Source of the DNA: an uncultured Hyphomicrobiales bacterium
Lineage (GTDB): Bacteria; Bacteroidota; Ignavibacteria; Kapaibacteriales; UBA2268
Reading direction: 5' to 3'
Length of the DNA stretch: 64,000 nt
Assembly: GCA_964524325.1 (NCBI GenBank)
Contig: CAZGCT010000001.1
Span: 172,164-236,163 of the forward strand
The notes below the pieces were generated by a model. It was given only the letters and a program-made list of their open reading frames with translations. It was not told the origin of the DNA and ran no database searches. A program made the translations under genes and the position numbers. This document shows, one piece after another, positions 10,572 through 20,168 of this stretch (position 1 is its first letter; each line of letters begins with the position of its first letter).

Positions 10572-12183
10572 TTTTCGATATAAAATAACTTTGCTGATTT
10601 TGAGGCTTTCTATATTCTATGAGAAATTGCAAATTAAAATTTCTAATTATTTCGATTCCACCGCTTAGAGAGACACTGAAAAGGTCGTTTCGAATCCCGT
10701 CTAAAAATTTTACTCTATCGCTGTCCGTAGAAGAATGATTTAGCTTATAGTCACCACCAACATTGCGAATAACTCGTCCGGTGCTATCTTTAACATTATC
10801 TCCGTGCCTCTGATACGAAATTCTGAGATTTAATGGGTAACGTTGTAGAAAGAACCCCTTAACCAAAAATCCTAGTTCGTCTGAATTTGGAAAAAGATAA
10901 GTTCCAATTAATTTTCCGTCGTTTGTTCGGTTGTTCACATTATTGAAGTGGGTAAACATATAAGGTTCAACGCGAGTGTATTCCAAGCCAAAATCAGTTG
11001 AAAGGGAAGAAGAATAAATTGCCCCAATGTTCCATGCTGTTTTGTTTCCCCAAAAATTTTTTCCTATCTCAGAAAGAATTAAATCTTCCATCATCCAGCT
11101 TCCCAATAGTAGGAAATTGGGGTAAACATTCCACTCGAAGCTTAAACCCATCGCGGCTTTGTCGCGGTCGTGGAGAGAATGTTCGACAGATTTCAAAAAA
11201 GTTAATGGATTTAAATATGCTAATTCTACGCTTCTTCCCGAATAAGTGATTGTCTCGAAATAAGTCAAATTCCACTTTTTGAATAAAAATGTAGCTGAAT
11301 GCAGCACAAAGTACTTTGGTGGAATGTCGGCCGAAAAACCAACTTGTTTGTGGTCGGCAATAAGGCTAAAGTGGGAGAAATTGTATCTAAAATTTTTTAA
11401 GTTTGCAGCAAGGAAAAACTCATCCATCGGCGGGGCATTATCAGATACCACTAAGTTTTGGTAAACTCCCGAACCTAGTAGTCTTGTTTCTCTTGAAAAC
11501 CCAACTGAAAACCAATTTTTTTGATATCGAACATGTGACTCTACAAGGTCAAAATCACTATTAAGTAATGTAAATTTAACACTGTTCGAAAGGGTTTTAT
11601 CCTCTTGTGTGCCCAGAGTTTTGCTTCCAGATATGAATTTACCATTCGTTACTTGCAAAAAAAAGCCAAGGCTAGAGTCGATTGTGCCATAAATACGAAA
11701 ACCAAGGTTACCATAAATTGCATCTTCCATTTGAATTTCATTTCCGAATTTGACTATAGAACGAACAGAACCTAAAGGCTTAACAGATACACTATTACTA
11801 TCATCTGAATAATGATATATGTATTTTTCATCACTTGAAATAATTTTTGATGAAAGAACTAGGTTTGTGTCGGTCTCGCTAAAAATAAGAACTGCTTTAC
11901 TTTTTGGGAGGATTTCGAATTCAATCAAAAAACCATTTAAGATTTTTTGTTCTAAATAACTTAGTTTGTTTTGATGCTCTGAAATTTTTATAAGAAGCTT
12001 CTTTATTTCCGATCGAGTGAAAGGTATTTTGAAAAAGCTCTTCTCTTCAATAAGCCCTTTTACTTGCATACGTTTAAGAAATTGATAAACTGTGTTTGTT
12101 GTGGGAACATTTTCAATTTGGGCAAACAAAATGCAACACCCAAATAAGCTTAATACTAAGGCATTCAGAAATAATTTTGCCAT
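10546..12183 (-). CDS. outer-membrane capsule/EPS assembly protein, Wzi-like (tentative)
   Basis: A signal peptide is followed by the helical motif TNTVYQFLKRMQVKGLIE, which is typical of the Wzi N-terminus. Long beta-rich stretches follow. The gene sits adjacent to a Wza-like gene. Confidence 0.4.
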   Translation of the reverse strand: MAKLFLNALVLSLFGCCILFAQIENVPTTNTVYQFLKRMQVKGLIEEKSFFKIPFTRSEIKKLLIKISEHQNKLSYLEQKILNGFLIEFEILPKSKAVLIFSETDTNLVLSSKIISSDEKYIYHYSDDSNSVSVKPLGSVRSIVKFGNEIQMEDAIYGNLGFRIYGTIDSSLGFFLQVTNGKFISGSKTLGTQEDKTLSNSVKFTLLNSDFDLVESHVRYQKNWFSVGFSRETRLLGSGVYQNLVVSDNAPPMDEFFLAANLKNFRYNFSHFSLIADHKQVGFSADIPPKYFVLHSATFLFKKWNLTYFETITYSGRSVELAYLNPLTFLKSVEHSLHDRDKAAMGLSFEWNVYPNFLLLGSWMMEDLILSEIGKNFWGNKTAWNIGAIYSSSLSTDFGLEYTRVEPYMFTHFNNVNNRTNDGKLIGTYLFPNSDELGFLVKGFFLQRYPLNLRISYQRHGDNVKDSTGRVIRNVGGDYKLNHSSTDSDRVKFLDGIRNDLFSVSLSGGIEIIRNFNLQFLIEYRKPQNQQSYFISKIVFRFDDF

Positions 12184-12186
12184 TAT

Positions 12187-13908
12187 TTATTTTCTACTAG
12201 TAAGATTAATAATTAAATAGGTTAAACTAATCAAAGTTGCGATACCAGTCGCTATTAGACTGTAATATTGATATTCGGTTCCAGGTGGATAATCGGGTGG
12301 ACCGGGGACAAATATCTCATCTCCGTCGACAATGGTAGCTTCCTCTGGTTTTAGCCAAACTCTTTGTGCCCCGCGAATTACTCGAATTCTTGATTTTTTT
12401 GCTGTCGTTAGGTATCCACCAGCTTTATTGATATACCATTCGAAATTTTTTCCTTTCTCATAAGTAACATAGCCGGGATATTTCACCTGACCCCACACAT
12501 ATACACTTCCTTTGCTTTGAGGGAGCATAATTAAATCACCATCTGAAAGTAGAATATTATGGGCTTCGTTTTTTTTGACTATTAGTTCATATAGGTCGCA
12601 AGAAACAAAATGACCTTTCGAAAGTAATTCCATTTTGAAGCGAGTTGTATCCTCCATTGTTAAATTACTTTGCTTGAAGATGGAAAACAAGTCTATTGTT
12701 GGGTTTTCCCAAAAAGGACGTTGAGGGTAACTCCTTAAAATATATGATTTTGAATATTGTGGGCTACAAGATAGTCCCCCTGCAAGATTAATTAAATCTG
12801 CAACTCTTGTTTTGCCTGGTTCAATTGGGTAAACTCCCGGTTTTTGAACGCAGCCATAGATTCCAGCAACAGCAGTTGCTGTGTGTGCCTCTATTTTTCG
12901 CTCGCCAACAATAACATTCATAAAAGGTTCTAATTCTAAATCGACACTTAGGTCAAAATTTGTATCAAGCTGAACAGTTTTAATATCATTTTGGCTACGA
13001 ACAATAATATTTGTCGGGTCGGCATTATTTTTAAAACCTTTAGCAAAAGCAAATAAATCAGAAAGTTTGTCGCCTCTTTTAAAATAATATTTTCCAGGTG
13101 AAACAACTGCTCCAGAAATAGTAACATACTCAAAATTTGGAGGCAAGAATGGTACAAAAATTTCGTCACCCTCGCGAACATAGGGATCATTTTCGAAAGA
13201 ATTTTTGGATTTACTCATTTCTAAGTCGGCCTTACTGAAACCGTAGTTCTGGTTGTAGATTGTGATATTTCTGCTAGAATAGTAAAAATCCGTTGGAATT
13301 CCTTTATCTACTAATTCGGATTGGCGCTTTCTTTCGAGGTCTTCTACAAAAAGGGATGTTTCAAGTTTGTTAATAGGTACTTCCTGCGATGTAAATTCAT
13401 TATTTGCGATAGATACCACGTTCGAAATTCGATAACTTGCAGGAAGATAGTAAATTCCGGGTTTTTTTACGTTGCCATAAATTTTAACAAGGCAGGTCCT
13501 TGGTTTGTATAGGGAAAGATAAACATTAGCTTTTGGATTAAATTCTTTCACGATTTTTTCAACTTCATTTTTAACTTCCAATAGAGTTTTTCCCTTAACG
13601 TTCATGAAACCATATCGTGGCAGAATAAGCATTCCATCGCTCGATATCTTTGTCAATTCGGGATTAATATTTGCAGGGCTAACAAAAAAGGAAATAACAT
13701 CATTTGGACCAACATAATAAAATGTATCGCATACAACAGTTGTTGTTGGATAAATATCTTTTTCTATTTGAATTTGCTGTTGAAATTGGTTTTTAAACTC
13801 TTCACCAATGCCAGTTTCTTTTTGTAAAGTTGGTAAACCAGTTACCTGAGAATAGGAATTTATCGCAATGAAAAGGAAAATTACAACTAAACCGAGAAAA
13901 AAATTCAT
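12187..13908 (-). CDS. polysaccharide export outer-membrane protein (Wza/KpsD-like, Poly_export + SLBB domains)
   Basis: A signal peptide is present. SLBB-type motifs are repeated: VKIYGNVKKPGIYYL, VTISGAVVSPGKYYF and VYVWGQVKYPGYVTY. Confidence 0.75.
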   Translation of the reverse strand: MNFFLGLVVIFLFIAINSYSQVTGLPTLQKETGIGEEFKNQFQQQIQIEKDIYPTTTVVCDTFYYVGPNDVISFFVSPANINPELTKISSDGMLILPRYGFMNVKGKTLLEVKNEVEKIVKEFNPKANVYLSLYKPRTCLVKIYGNVKKPGIYYLPASYRISNVVSIANNEFTSQEVPINKLETSLFVEDLERKRQSELVDKGIPTDFYYSSRNITIYNQNYGFSKADLEMSKSKNSFENDPYVREGDEIFVPFLPPNFEYVTISGAVVSPGKYYFKRGDKLSDLFAFAKGFKNNADPTNIIVRSQNDIKTVQLDTNFDLSVDLELEPFMNVIVGERKIEAHTATAVAGIYGCVQKPGVYPIEPGKTRVADLINLAGGLSCSPQYSKSYILRSYPQRPFWENPTIDLFSIFKQSNLTMEDTTRFKMELLSKGHFVSCDLYELIVKKNEAHNILLSDGDLIMLPQSKGSVYVWGQVKYPGYVTYEKGKNFEWYINKAGGYLTTAKKSRIRVIRGAQRVWLKPEEATIVDGDEIFVPGPPDYPPGTEYQYYSLIATGIATLISLTYLIINLTSRK

Positions 13909-14029
13909 TTCGGCCTCATATTAATTTACAAAATTACAAAATATAAAGGCTTGTTTCAATTGGTTAAGAATTTAAGAATAAAACCAAAATTTGGCTATTT
14001 TAAATAAGCGATTTCTCTAAAATTCAAAG

Positions 14030-15643
14030 TTACATAATAGAAAAGTCGATATATGGTTCTTTTAACTCGGCAATGGCATTGACGACAAGTTCTGCTAATC
14101 CACCAACAAATAACCTAGATTTGTCCTTTGCACCATAAAAATCAAAAATATCCCGAATTTGTCCTTTACAATTCGAGCAAGGTGCACAAACATATTTGGG
14201 CATTTCGGGTTCGATTAGTTCATTTTTGAATGCGTCAAGAATTTGCTTGAACTTTTTACGTCCGCTAATGTAATTCTTCCAATCCTGAAAATTGTAAGAA
14301 GACATTATTGCAAAGCCACTGCCTCCTCCACAGCAATAATTATCAACTCCGTGTGGTTCCATCTCTCTAAATTTTGGGGCAATATATTTTAAGACTCTGC
14401 GTTGTGGTTCTACAATTCCCATCATTCTAACTATATTGCACGGGTCATGAAGTGTTACTGGGAAGTAATTTTTTTCAGGGTTGAATTTTATCTTTCCGCC
14501 AAAAACGATTTGCTCAATTAAAGTCATTGCATTAATGGTTTTTATCTCGTTTCCAAAGATTCTTTCAGCAATTATTCCTAAAGATTTGGATTCGTGTCCG
14601 CATTCTCCCATGATAATTGCTTTCACTCCTAATTTTTTTGCAATTTCAAAATGTTTGTGTGCAATTCTAGTAAATTGGATATCGTCGTACCAAACTCCAT
14701 AATTAACACCGTCGTAACCAATTAGCTCACTTGATAAAGTCCAACTTATGCCTGCAGCATTTAGCAAAATTGTAAATGCAGCTGGATTTTCGGGCCAAGA
14801 CAAAAATTCACCTGCATTGTGCAAGAGTAGGTAATCTGCCCCGGCAACATCCCAATTAGACTCGATCTTAATTCCAAGTCTATCTGCTAAGTCCTCGTTA
14901 ATAAAACTGACATTGCTTTTAACAACTTCGGGTGACATTCCAGTAGAAGAGCCTTTGGTAAGGTGTTTCACAGTACCTTTTTCGTGCAACTCCTTTGGTG
15001 ATATATCAAATTCTTGGCTAAATAGTTTTCTTATTTCATGGGTAATTAATCCATTATCTATACCTATTGGACAAGTTTGCCCGCAGCGTCGGCAGATTGT
15101 GCATCGGTAGCTTAATTCAACAAGTCGAGATATCAAAGTCCAGTTCAATTCGATATCTCCATGTTGGAACTTCTTAAAAATAAGGCTTCCAGGCTTTACA
15201 TACTTAAAATATAACCTTCTTAGTACCTCTGTCCTATATGTTGGTCTGTATATTTCTGCATGATTACTTGCTTCATAAATTTGGCAGGCATCGTTGCATG
15301 TTTGACACTTTGCACAATGCTCCATAGTTAAGATAAGTGGTTGAAGGAAAGTCCAATTGTTTTCCTTTGAGAAAAGTTTAATTAGGGCAGAAATAAATTT
15401 TTCTACTAGTTCTTGTTCTTCTTTAGGTGTTTTTGGTTTAAGTACTCCGACTGCCATTACTCCGTCTAAAGAATCATCGTAGTTTTGAAGAGTTGGCTCA
15501 CTAAGTTTTTTGAAACCTGGTAGTTCATCCAATTTGTCGTATGGTGGGGGAAGCTTGATACTATCGTTTGGAGAAATTTCACATAATGGTCGTAAATTTG
15601 GATTACTAAAATCTTTAACTTTTATTTTCCTTCTCGCGACCAA
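14030..15643 (-). CDS. dsrK: HdrD/DsrK-like CCG-domain iron-sulfur oxidoreductase
   Basis: There are two 4Fe-4S motifs, CAKCQTCNDAC and CTICRRCGQTCP. A complete CCG domain (C-X34-CC-X47-CAPC) follows. The gene lies immediately downstream of a NarI-like membrane protein and of dsrC. Confidence 0.6.
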   Translation of the reverse strand: MVARRKIKVKDFSNPNLRPLCEISPNDSIKLPPPYDKLDELPGFKKLSEPTLQNYDDSLDGVMAVGVLKPKTPKEEQELVEKFISALIKLFSKENNWTFLQPLILTMEHCAKCQTCNDACQIYEASNHAEIYRPTYRTEVLRRLYFKYVKPGSLIFKKFQHGDIELNWTLISRLVELSYRCTICRRCGQTCPIGIDNGLITHEIRKLFSQEFDISPKELHEKGTVKHLTKGSSTGMSPEVVKSNVSFINEDLADRLGIKIESNWDVAGADYLLLHNAGEFLSWPENPAAFTILLNAAGISWTLSSELIGYDGVNYGVWYDDIQFTRIAHKHFEIAKKLGVKAIIMGECGHESKSLGIIAERIFGNEIKTINAMTLIEQIVFGGKIKFNPEKNYFPVTLHDPCNIVRMMGIVEPQRRVLKYIAPKFREMEPHGVDNYCCGGGSGFAIMSSYNFQDWKNYISGRKKFKQILDAFKNELIEPEMPKYVCAPCSNCKGQIRDIFDFYGAKDKSRLFVGGLAELVVNAIAELKEPYIDFSIM

Positions 15644-15647
15644 TTTT

Positions 15648-16598
15648 CTATCCTTTGTTTTGAATTTGTGTTGTTGTTATTATGAGCCAAGTTTTCCGAC
15701 CATCGGAGCCAATATGAGGTGCTGACCATTGAACTGGTAAATTAAGTTGTTCGTTAAGCCTCTTGCGAATATGCTTATTTGAAATATTTGGTTCGTCGTC
15801 CCATCTGACTTTGTGATATGTGAAGTACTTCATGTAGAAATGTGTCATGTGAGTGAATGGCAAGTAGAACATAAAAAAGGAGAGAAGATAAAAATGTACA
15901 TTTCCAATTAGAGGTGTATTTTTTATTAATGATAAGTTCAAGAATCCTTGGTAAAAGCCAATTATTTCAACTACTGCATTTTTTGAAGAAAGCAACCAAA
16001 TTAATGTTGTAGCATAAAGCGAACCAATCAAAATAATATTGAAATAGTGGCTAAAACTTGAAAATAATCTCAAGTTTTCATCGAAAATTCTTTTAAAAAG
16101 CAAAACAATAGATCCCAAAATTCCTAAAAAAGTGATTAACCAAAGTAAATAATTGAGAAAAAGAATGTATTTATGTGATTGAGTTTTACCTGCGGAGGGA
16201 TACAATCCCACAAGTAAATAGACTAATATTAGTAATGTGAAGACTATGTAAAGGTACATTGCGTAATGAAAAGGTGCCGAACCAAACCACAAAGAACGAT
16301 TGTGTTTCCACACTCCTTTTAATAAGAAAATTTCTTGAAGCATTGACCATAGTTTATGTATTTTTCCGTTTTTAATAAGTTCTGCCCTAAAATCAAGCTC
16401 ATCTGGGTTAGAACCAACATTCTTGGAATCAATCTTTTTGTTGGGTATAGGGTAAAGCTCCCAACGAAGATGCACTGGAGATTTAGCAATTCTAATTCCC
16501 TTTGCAAGAGCAATTGTAATAAATGTCAAAAAACTAAAATAAAAAACAAGATGAAGTAATTCCATAATCTGTACAATTTTTCCGAAAATTAACTCCAA
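15648..16598 (-). CDS. dsrM: NarI-like membrane-bound cytochrome b (DsrM/HdrE-like)
   Basis: The protein has about six TM helices with conserved His in the helices. It shows the nitrate-reductase gamma-like architecture. It lies 4 nt upstream of the CCG protein. Confidence 0.5.
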   Translation of the reverse strand: MELIFGKIVQIMELLHLVFYFSFLTFITIALAKGIRIAKSPVHLRWELYPIPNKKIDSKNVGSNPDELDFRAELIKNGKIHKLWSMLQEIFLLKGVWKHNRSLWFGSAPFHYAMYLYIVFTLLILVYLLVGLYPSAGKTQSHKYILFLNYLLWLITFLGILGSIVLLFKRIFDENLRLFSSFSHYFNIILIGSLYATTLIWLLSSKNAVVEIIGFYQGFLNLSLIKNTPLIGNVHFYLLSFFMFYLPFTHMTHFYMKYFTYHKVRWDDEPNISNKHIRKRLNEQLNLPVQWSAPHIGSDGRKTWLIITTTQIQNKG

Positions 16599-16636
16599 AA
16601 GTAATAAAAACTAAAATAAAGAAGTTTAGATAAAAC

Positions 16637-16678
16637 AAAACCTTGAACAAAGCGAAGTTATTCCTTGTTCAAGGTTTT
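16637..16678 (-). terminator. perfect 14-bp hairpin (AAAACCTTGAACAA / TTGTTCAAGGTTTT, 14-nt loop) followed on the minus strand by a U-rich tract, between dsrC and dsrM
   Basis: Read directly from the sequence. The downstream minus-strand sequence is GTTTTATCTAAACTTCTTTATTTTAG. Confidence 0.5.
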
Positions 16679-16691
16679 TAACAAAGATAAA

Positions 16692-17009
16692 TTATACACA
16701 ACCAGTTGGCTTTGTAAGCCCCGCTACTTTGCAAGCTCCTTTTGCAGGTCCGGAGGGAAATAGGTCGTAAATTTGTTTTAATGTGAAGCCAGTTTCTTTG
16801 CACAATTTACGAATCATCGGTGCAATACCATACTGTTTGTAATAGTTTCGTAAATAATTAATTACTTTCCAATGTTCGGCTGTAAGTTCCGAAACTCCTT
16901 CTGTAGTCGCAAGTGCAACAGCAACCCTTTCGTTCCATTCTTCTGGATTAGCCAAAAAACCTTCTTCATCAACTTCAATCTTAATTTCATTCCACTCGAA
17001 TACTGGCAT
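16692..17009 (-). CDS. dsrC: DsrC-family sulfur-relay/substrate protein with both conserved C-terminal cysteines
   Basis: The protein is 105 aa. The C-terminus, GACKVAGLTKPTGCV, shows CysB-X10-CysA-V as in bona fide DsrC. TusE carries only the final Cys. Confidence 0.8.
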   Translation of the reverse strand: MPVFEWNEIKIEVDEEGFLANPEEWNERVAVALATTEGVSELTAEHWKVINYLRNYYKQYGIAPMIRKLCKETGFTLKQIYDLFPSGPAKGACKVAGLTKPTGCV

Positions 17010-17383
17010 TTTTATACCTTAGCAAAATTGTACATAACACAAAACCTACAAGATACTTTATAATTCATTTAAAAAAAATTCAAAATTAATTGTTTTGAGA
17101 TTCATTTCTATAAAGAATAATATTTATTAATTTTTCTTTTAATAATCTTCAAAGCTTTTGTCCCTTTCTTGTTATTTTTTGTAATTTAGCTTGTAGTAAT
17201 AATTTCTTGATAAAGTTAAATTTCTGGTGTTTTGGTTATAAAAAAGCCAATACCATTCATAAGTTTCCAACACAGGGTTTCTTCTAACTTATCCCTATCC
17301 TGCAAAATTTTGTCATTTATCTTAATCGTATTTAAACTCAAATAGTACCATCGCGAAGTTTTGAAAAGATTCTAAACAACACA

Positions 17384-17809
17384 TTACATATTCATTCCTT
17401 TGCGAATATTTTCTATTTCTTCGAGAAGGTTGTCATGTTTAGTTTCATCGTAAAGTAAATACTCCAATAAATACTTAACAATTGGAGAGGTGAGATCTTG
17501 TAAGGCTTCTTTTGCAATAGCAATTGTTTTCTTTTCTACCTCATTGTGTTCTTCCACAAGCGACCAAATGTTCGATATTTCTTCAGTAAAAAGTGTAATA
17601 GGCTGTTTTTCATAATTATCGATGATAAGCTGTTGAACACGGCGATGCATCACAGAGTCCTGGCGTATTATTTCCATTACTAAGTGGACTAATGGGTTGT
17701 CCGTTTTCTTGATAATTTCGGTAGTATTTCTAATGGTGGCATCCTCGATTTTCTGCCAATCTTTTAAAATTTCAACTAGTTTTTCGATGTTACCTTTTTC
17801 TGTTTCCAT
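17384..17809 (-). CDS. hypothetical acidic helical protein
   Basis: A 141-aa ORF lies between sat and dsrC on the same strand. No motif was recognised. Confidence 0.45.
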   Translation of the reverse strand: METEKGNIEKLVEILKDWQKIEDATIRNTTEIIKKTDNPLVHLVMEIIRQDSVMHRRVQQLIIDNYEKQPITLFTEEISNIWSLVEEHNEVEKKTIAIAKEALQDLTSPIVKYLLEYLLYDETKHDNLLEEIENIRKGMNM

Positions 17810-17965
17810 TTACACTCCAAAAATTTTACTAAAAATTAATATTTTTGTTACGAATTTACAACTTTTATTGAATATCTTGAAATTCTTGCTGCTTTTGTCA
17901 TCAATAAACTTTTTTAATTAAGTTTGTTGCTGCTATTTAAATACTTAGAACTAAACTTAAAACTG

Positions 17966-17987
17966 CTTTGTTTAGTTGAAAACAAAG
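17966..17987 (-). terminator. 8-bp hairpin (CTTTGTTT / AAACAAAG) with a T-rich tail downstream of sat
   Basis: An inverted repeat lies about 130 nt after the sat stop. On the minus strand it is followed by CAGTTTTAAGTTTAG. Confidence 0.35.
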
Positions 17988-18117
17988 TGGAGGATTTAAT
18001 CCAAGTTAATAAATTGGCAAATGGAACTTTCGACAAGTCAAGATTGTTTTTGGTTTTGCTAAAATAAGCTATTGAAAGAATTAACATTTCAAATTTGTGG
18101 GTTTAAGCATGTTTCTA

Positions 18118-19305
18118 TTAATAGGTTTCTTTAAAGCCAGAATAATATTCTCTCAATATAGCAATTACTTCTGGGCGTGAAAATTCTTTAGGTACGTCTT
18201 GCCCCTCGGTTAAAGCTTTTCGTAGCATTGTCCCACTTAAAAGTAGTCTGTATTCTTTTGAATGAGGGCAAGTTTTCATAGATACCATACCATCGCACTT
18301 AAAGCAATAAAATGTCCAATCTGTTTTAAGTGGTTTACAAAGGAGTGCACCATCCCATAGCTCGTCGAATATCTCTTGTGCTTCAAAAGGTCCATAATAA
18401 TTCCCAACACCAGCGTAATCGCGACCAACAATTATGTGTGTGCAGCCATAGTTTTGGCGGATGATTGCATGCAACAATGCTTCTCTTGGCCCAGCATATC
18501 TCATATCCAAATGATGACCTCCGATGAGAACCGAGTCCTTGACAAAGTAATTTTTTACAAGTGCATCTATACAACGCAATCTAACATCGGTAGGAATGTC
18601 GCCAGGCTTTATTTTTCCAACTAATTGGTGGATATAAATTCCATCACTGACTTCTAAAGCAATTTTTGCAAGATATTCGTGCGACCGGTGCATTGGGTTT
18701 CGAACTTGCATGGCAGCTATAGTTTTCCAACCTCGCTCAGCGAAAATTTGTCTTGATTCCTCAGGTCTTTGATAAATGCCATTGTAATGTATAGGGAAGA
18801 ATCCTTCGCTTAACACTTTTACTGGGCCTGCGAGATTAATTTCGCCTTGTTCCATAACCATCTTTGCACCAGGATGTTCGAAATCTGTTGTTTTGAAGAC
18901 ATTCTTGCATTCAAGTTCTTTTGATATTTTGTATTTCTCTTCTACTTTCATAGTTGCTATAATTTCTCCGTGTTCATCGGAATATAGAGCTATTTGGTCT
19001 CCAATTCTAATTTTACTTGCAATTTCCTTTTCAGTTGATAAAGTAATTGGAATAGGCCAGAATAACCCATTCTTACTTGGCATTTTCATTTCTTTGCAAA
19101 CACTCTTCCAATCGTCATAACCCATAAAACCAGTAAGTGGTGTGTACCCCCCAATTCCCATCATGATTAAATCGTTGCATTCTCGGCTTGTAATGCTTAT
19201 TTTCACTAACTTTTCAGCTTTCTTTTTTTCTTCCAAAAGTTCTTCGCCTTCAAGGAGATGTTTAATAAGTGCTGGGCTGCCGTGGGGGCTGATTAATTTT
19301 GACAT
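18118..19305 (-). CDS. sat: sulfate adenylyltransferase (ATP sulfurylase)
   Basis: The motifs [13 protein letters not shown] and VGRDYAGVG are diagnostic of the homo-oligomeric ATP sulfurylase family. The length is about 395 aa. Confidence 0.85.
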   Translation of the reverse strand: MSKLISPHGSPALIKHLLEGEELLEEKKKAEKLVKISITSRECNDLIMMGIGGYTPLTGFMGYDDWKSVCKEMKMPSKNGLFWPIPITLSTEKEIASKIRIGDQIALYSDEHGEIIATMKVEEKYKISKELECKNVFKTTDFEHPGAKMVMEQGEINLAGPVKVLSEGFFPIHYNGIYQRPEESRQIFAERGWKTIAAMQVRNPMHRSHEYLAKIALEVSDGIYIHQLVGKIKPGDIPTDVRLRCIDALVKNYFVKDSVLIGGHHLDMRYAGPREALLHAIIRQNYGCTHIIVGRDYAGVGNYYGPFEAQEIFDELWDGALLCKPLKTDWTFYCFKCDGMVSMKTCPHSKEYRLLLSGTMLRKALTEGQDVPKEFSRPEVIAILREYYSGFKETY

Positions 19306-19330
19306 AATTTCTCCTTTGATTGTTGTTTTA

Positions 19331-19338
19331 CAAACTTA
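19331..19338 (-). promoter_or_regulatory. candidate -7 promoter element TAAGTTTG (TAnnTTTG-type) about 22 nt upstream of the sat start, followed by the SD AAAGGAG
   Basis: The motif matches the FCB-group -7 consensus. No matching -33 TTG was found at canonical spacing. Confidence 0.2.
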
Positions 19339-19479
19339 GTGGCTTTTACAAGATACATATATCATAAAGTAGAATACCCCATTTTAGAAAAAATTCTTTT
19401 TTATTAAAATATTATCATTTATTCCAATATTCAAAATACAACGATATTTATACAAAATTCCCAGTTTGCTTTTATCACT

Positions 19480-20130
19480 CTATAAACAAATTGCTTTTTG
19501 TACCAAATCTATTAATTCTTGCTTCGCTTTTTCTAAATTATCATTTACAATTATGTAATCGAATTTATCTTTCATTTTCATTTCCATTTCTATTCTTTTG
19601 AATCGTTCTTCAAGTTGCTCTTGAGTTTCAGTTTTCCTTGATACAAGTCTTTCTTGTAGCACATCCAATGAAGGTGGGGCAACAAAAATCAACAGGGCCT
19701 TTTCGGGATAAAGCTTTTTTATTGATAATGCTCCTTTAACATCGATGTCGAAAACTATTGTTTCACCTTTTTCAAGACTATTTTCAACTTCCTTTTTTAA
19801 TGTTCCGTAGTAGTGACCAAAGATACTTTCGTATTCAATTAATTCGTTTCGGTCTATTAGGTTCCTAAATTCTGTCTCAGATAGAAAATAATAATCTTTA
19901 CCATTGATTTCGTTGTTTCTCGGTGGCCTTGTTGTTGCAGAAATTGAAAATTTGAAGTTTGGAAAAGCTAACAAAAGGAAGCGAGCCAAAGTGGTTTTAC
20001 CAGCTCCACTTGGTGCCGAAAGTACAATCAGTTGTTTTTGGGGTTGCATATTTTTAGCACTCTGTATTGCATTTACAAATTTAATGAAAAAGCTAAATAG
20101 GAATTTCATTTCGAAATAATTAAAAGCCAT
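19480..20130 (-). CDS. gmk: guanylate kinase
   Basis: The motifs SAPSGAGKTTL, ATTRPPRNNEINGKDYYF and FDYIIVND are present. The likely true start is the internal Met at 20049. Confidence 0.8.
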   Translation of the reverse strand: MAFNYFEMKFLFSFFIKFVNAIQSAKNMQPQKQLIVLSAPSGAGKTTLARFLLLAFPNFKFSISATTRPPRNNEINGKDYYFLSETEFRNLIDRNELIEYESIFGHYYGTLKKEVENSLEKGETIVFDIDVKGALSIKKLYPEKALLIFVAPPSLDVLQERLVSRKTETQEQLEERFKRIEMEMKMKDKFDYIIVNDNLEKAKQELIDLVQKAICL

Positions 20131-20168
20131 TTAAATTTTCCCCAAAAATTGAATCTAATGTTATTTAA

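Noticed and set aside
20053-20061. CIRCE half-site TTAGCACTC
   Set aside because: No inverted partner GAGTGCTAA follows 9 nt downstream. It lies inside or at the start of gmk, not near hrcA or chaperone genes.
19480-20130. N-terminal 27-codon extension of gmk (MAFNYFEMKFLFSFFIKF...)
   Set aside because: The extension is hydrophobic and low-complexity, and is absent from guanylate kinases. The true start is probably the internal ATG at 20049. The longer ORF coordinates are kept only because no strong RBS distinguishes the two starts.
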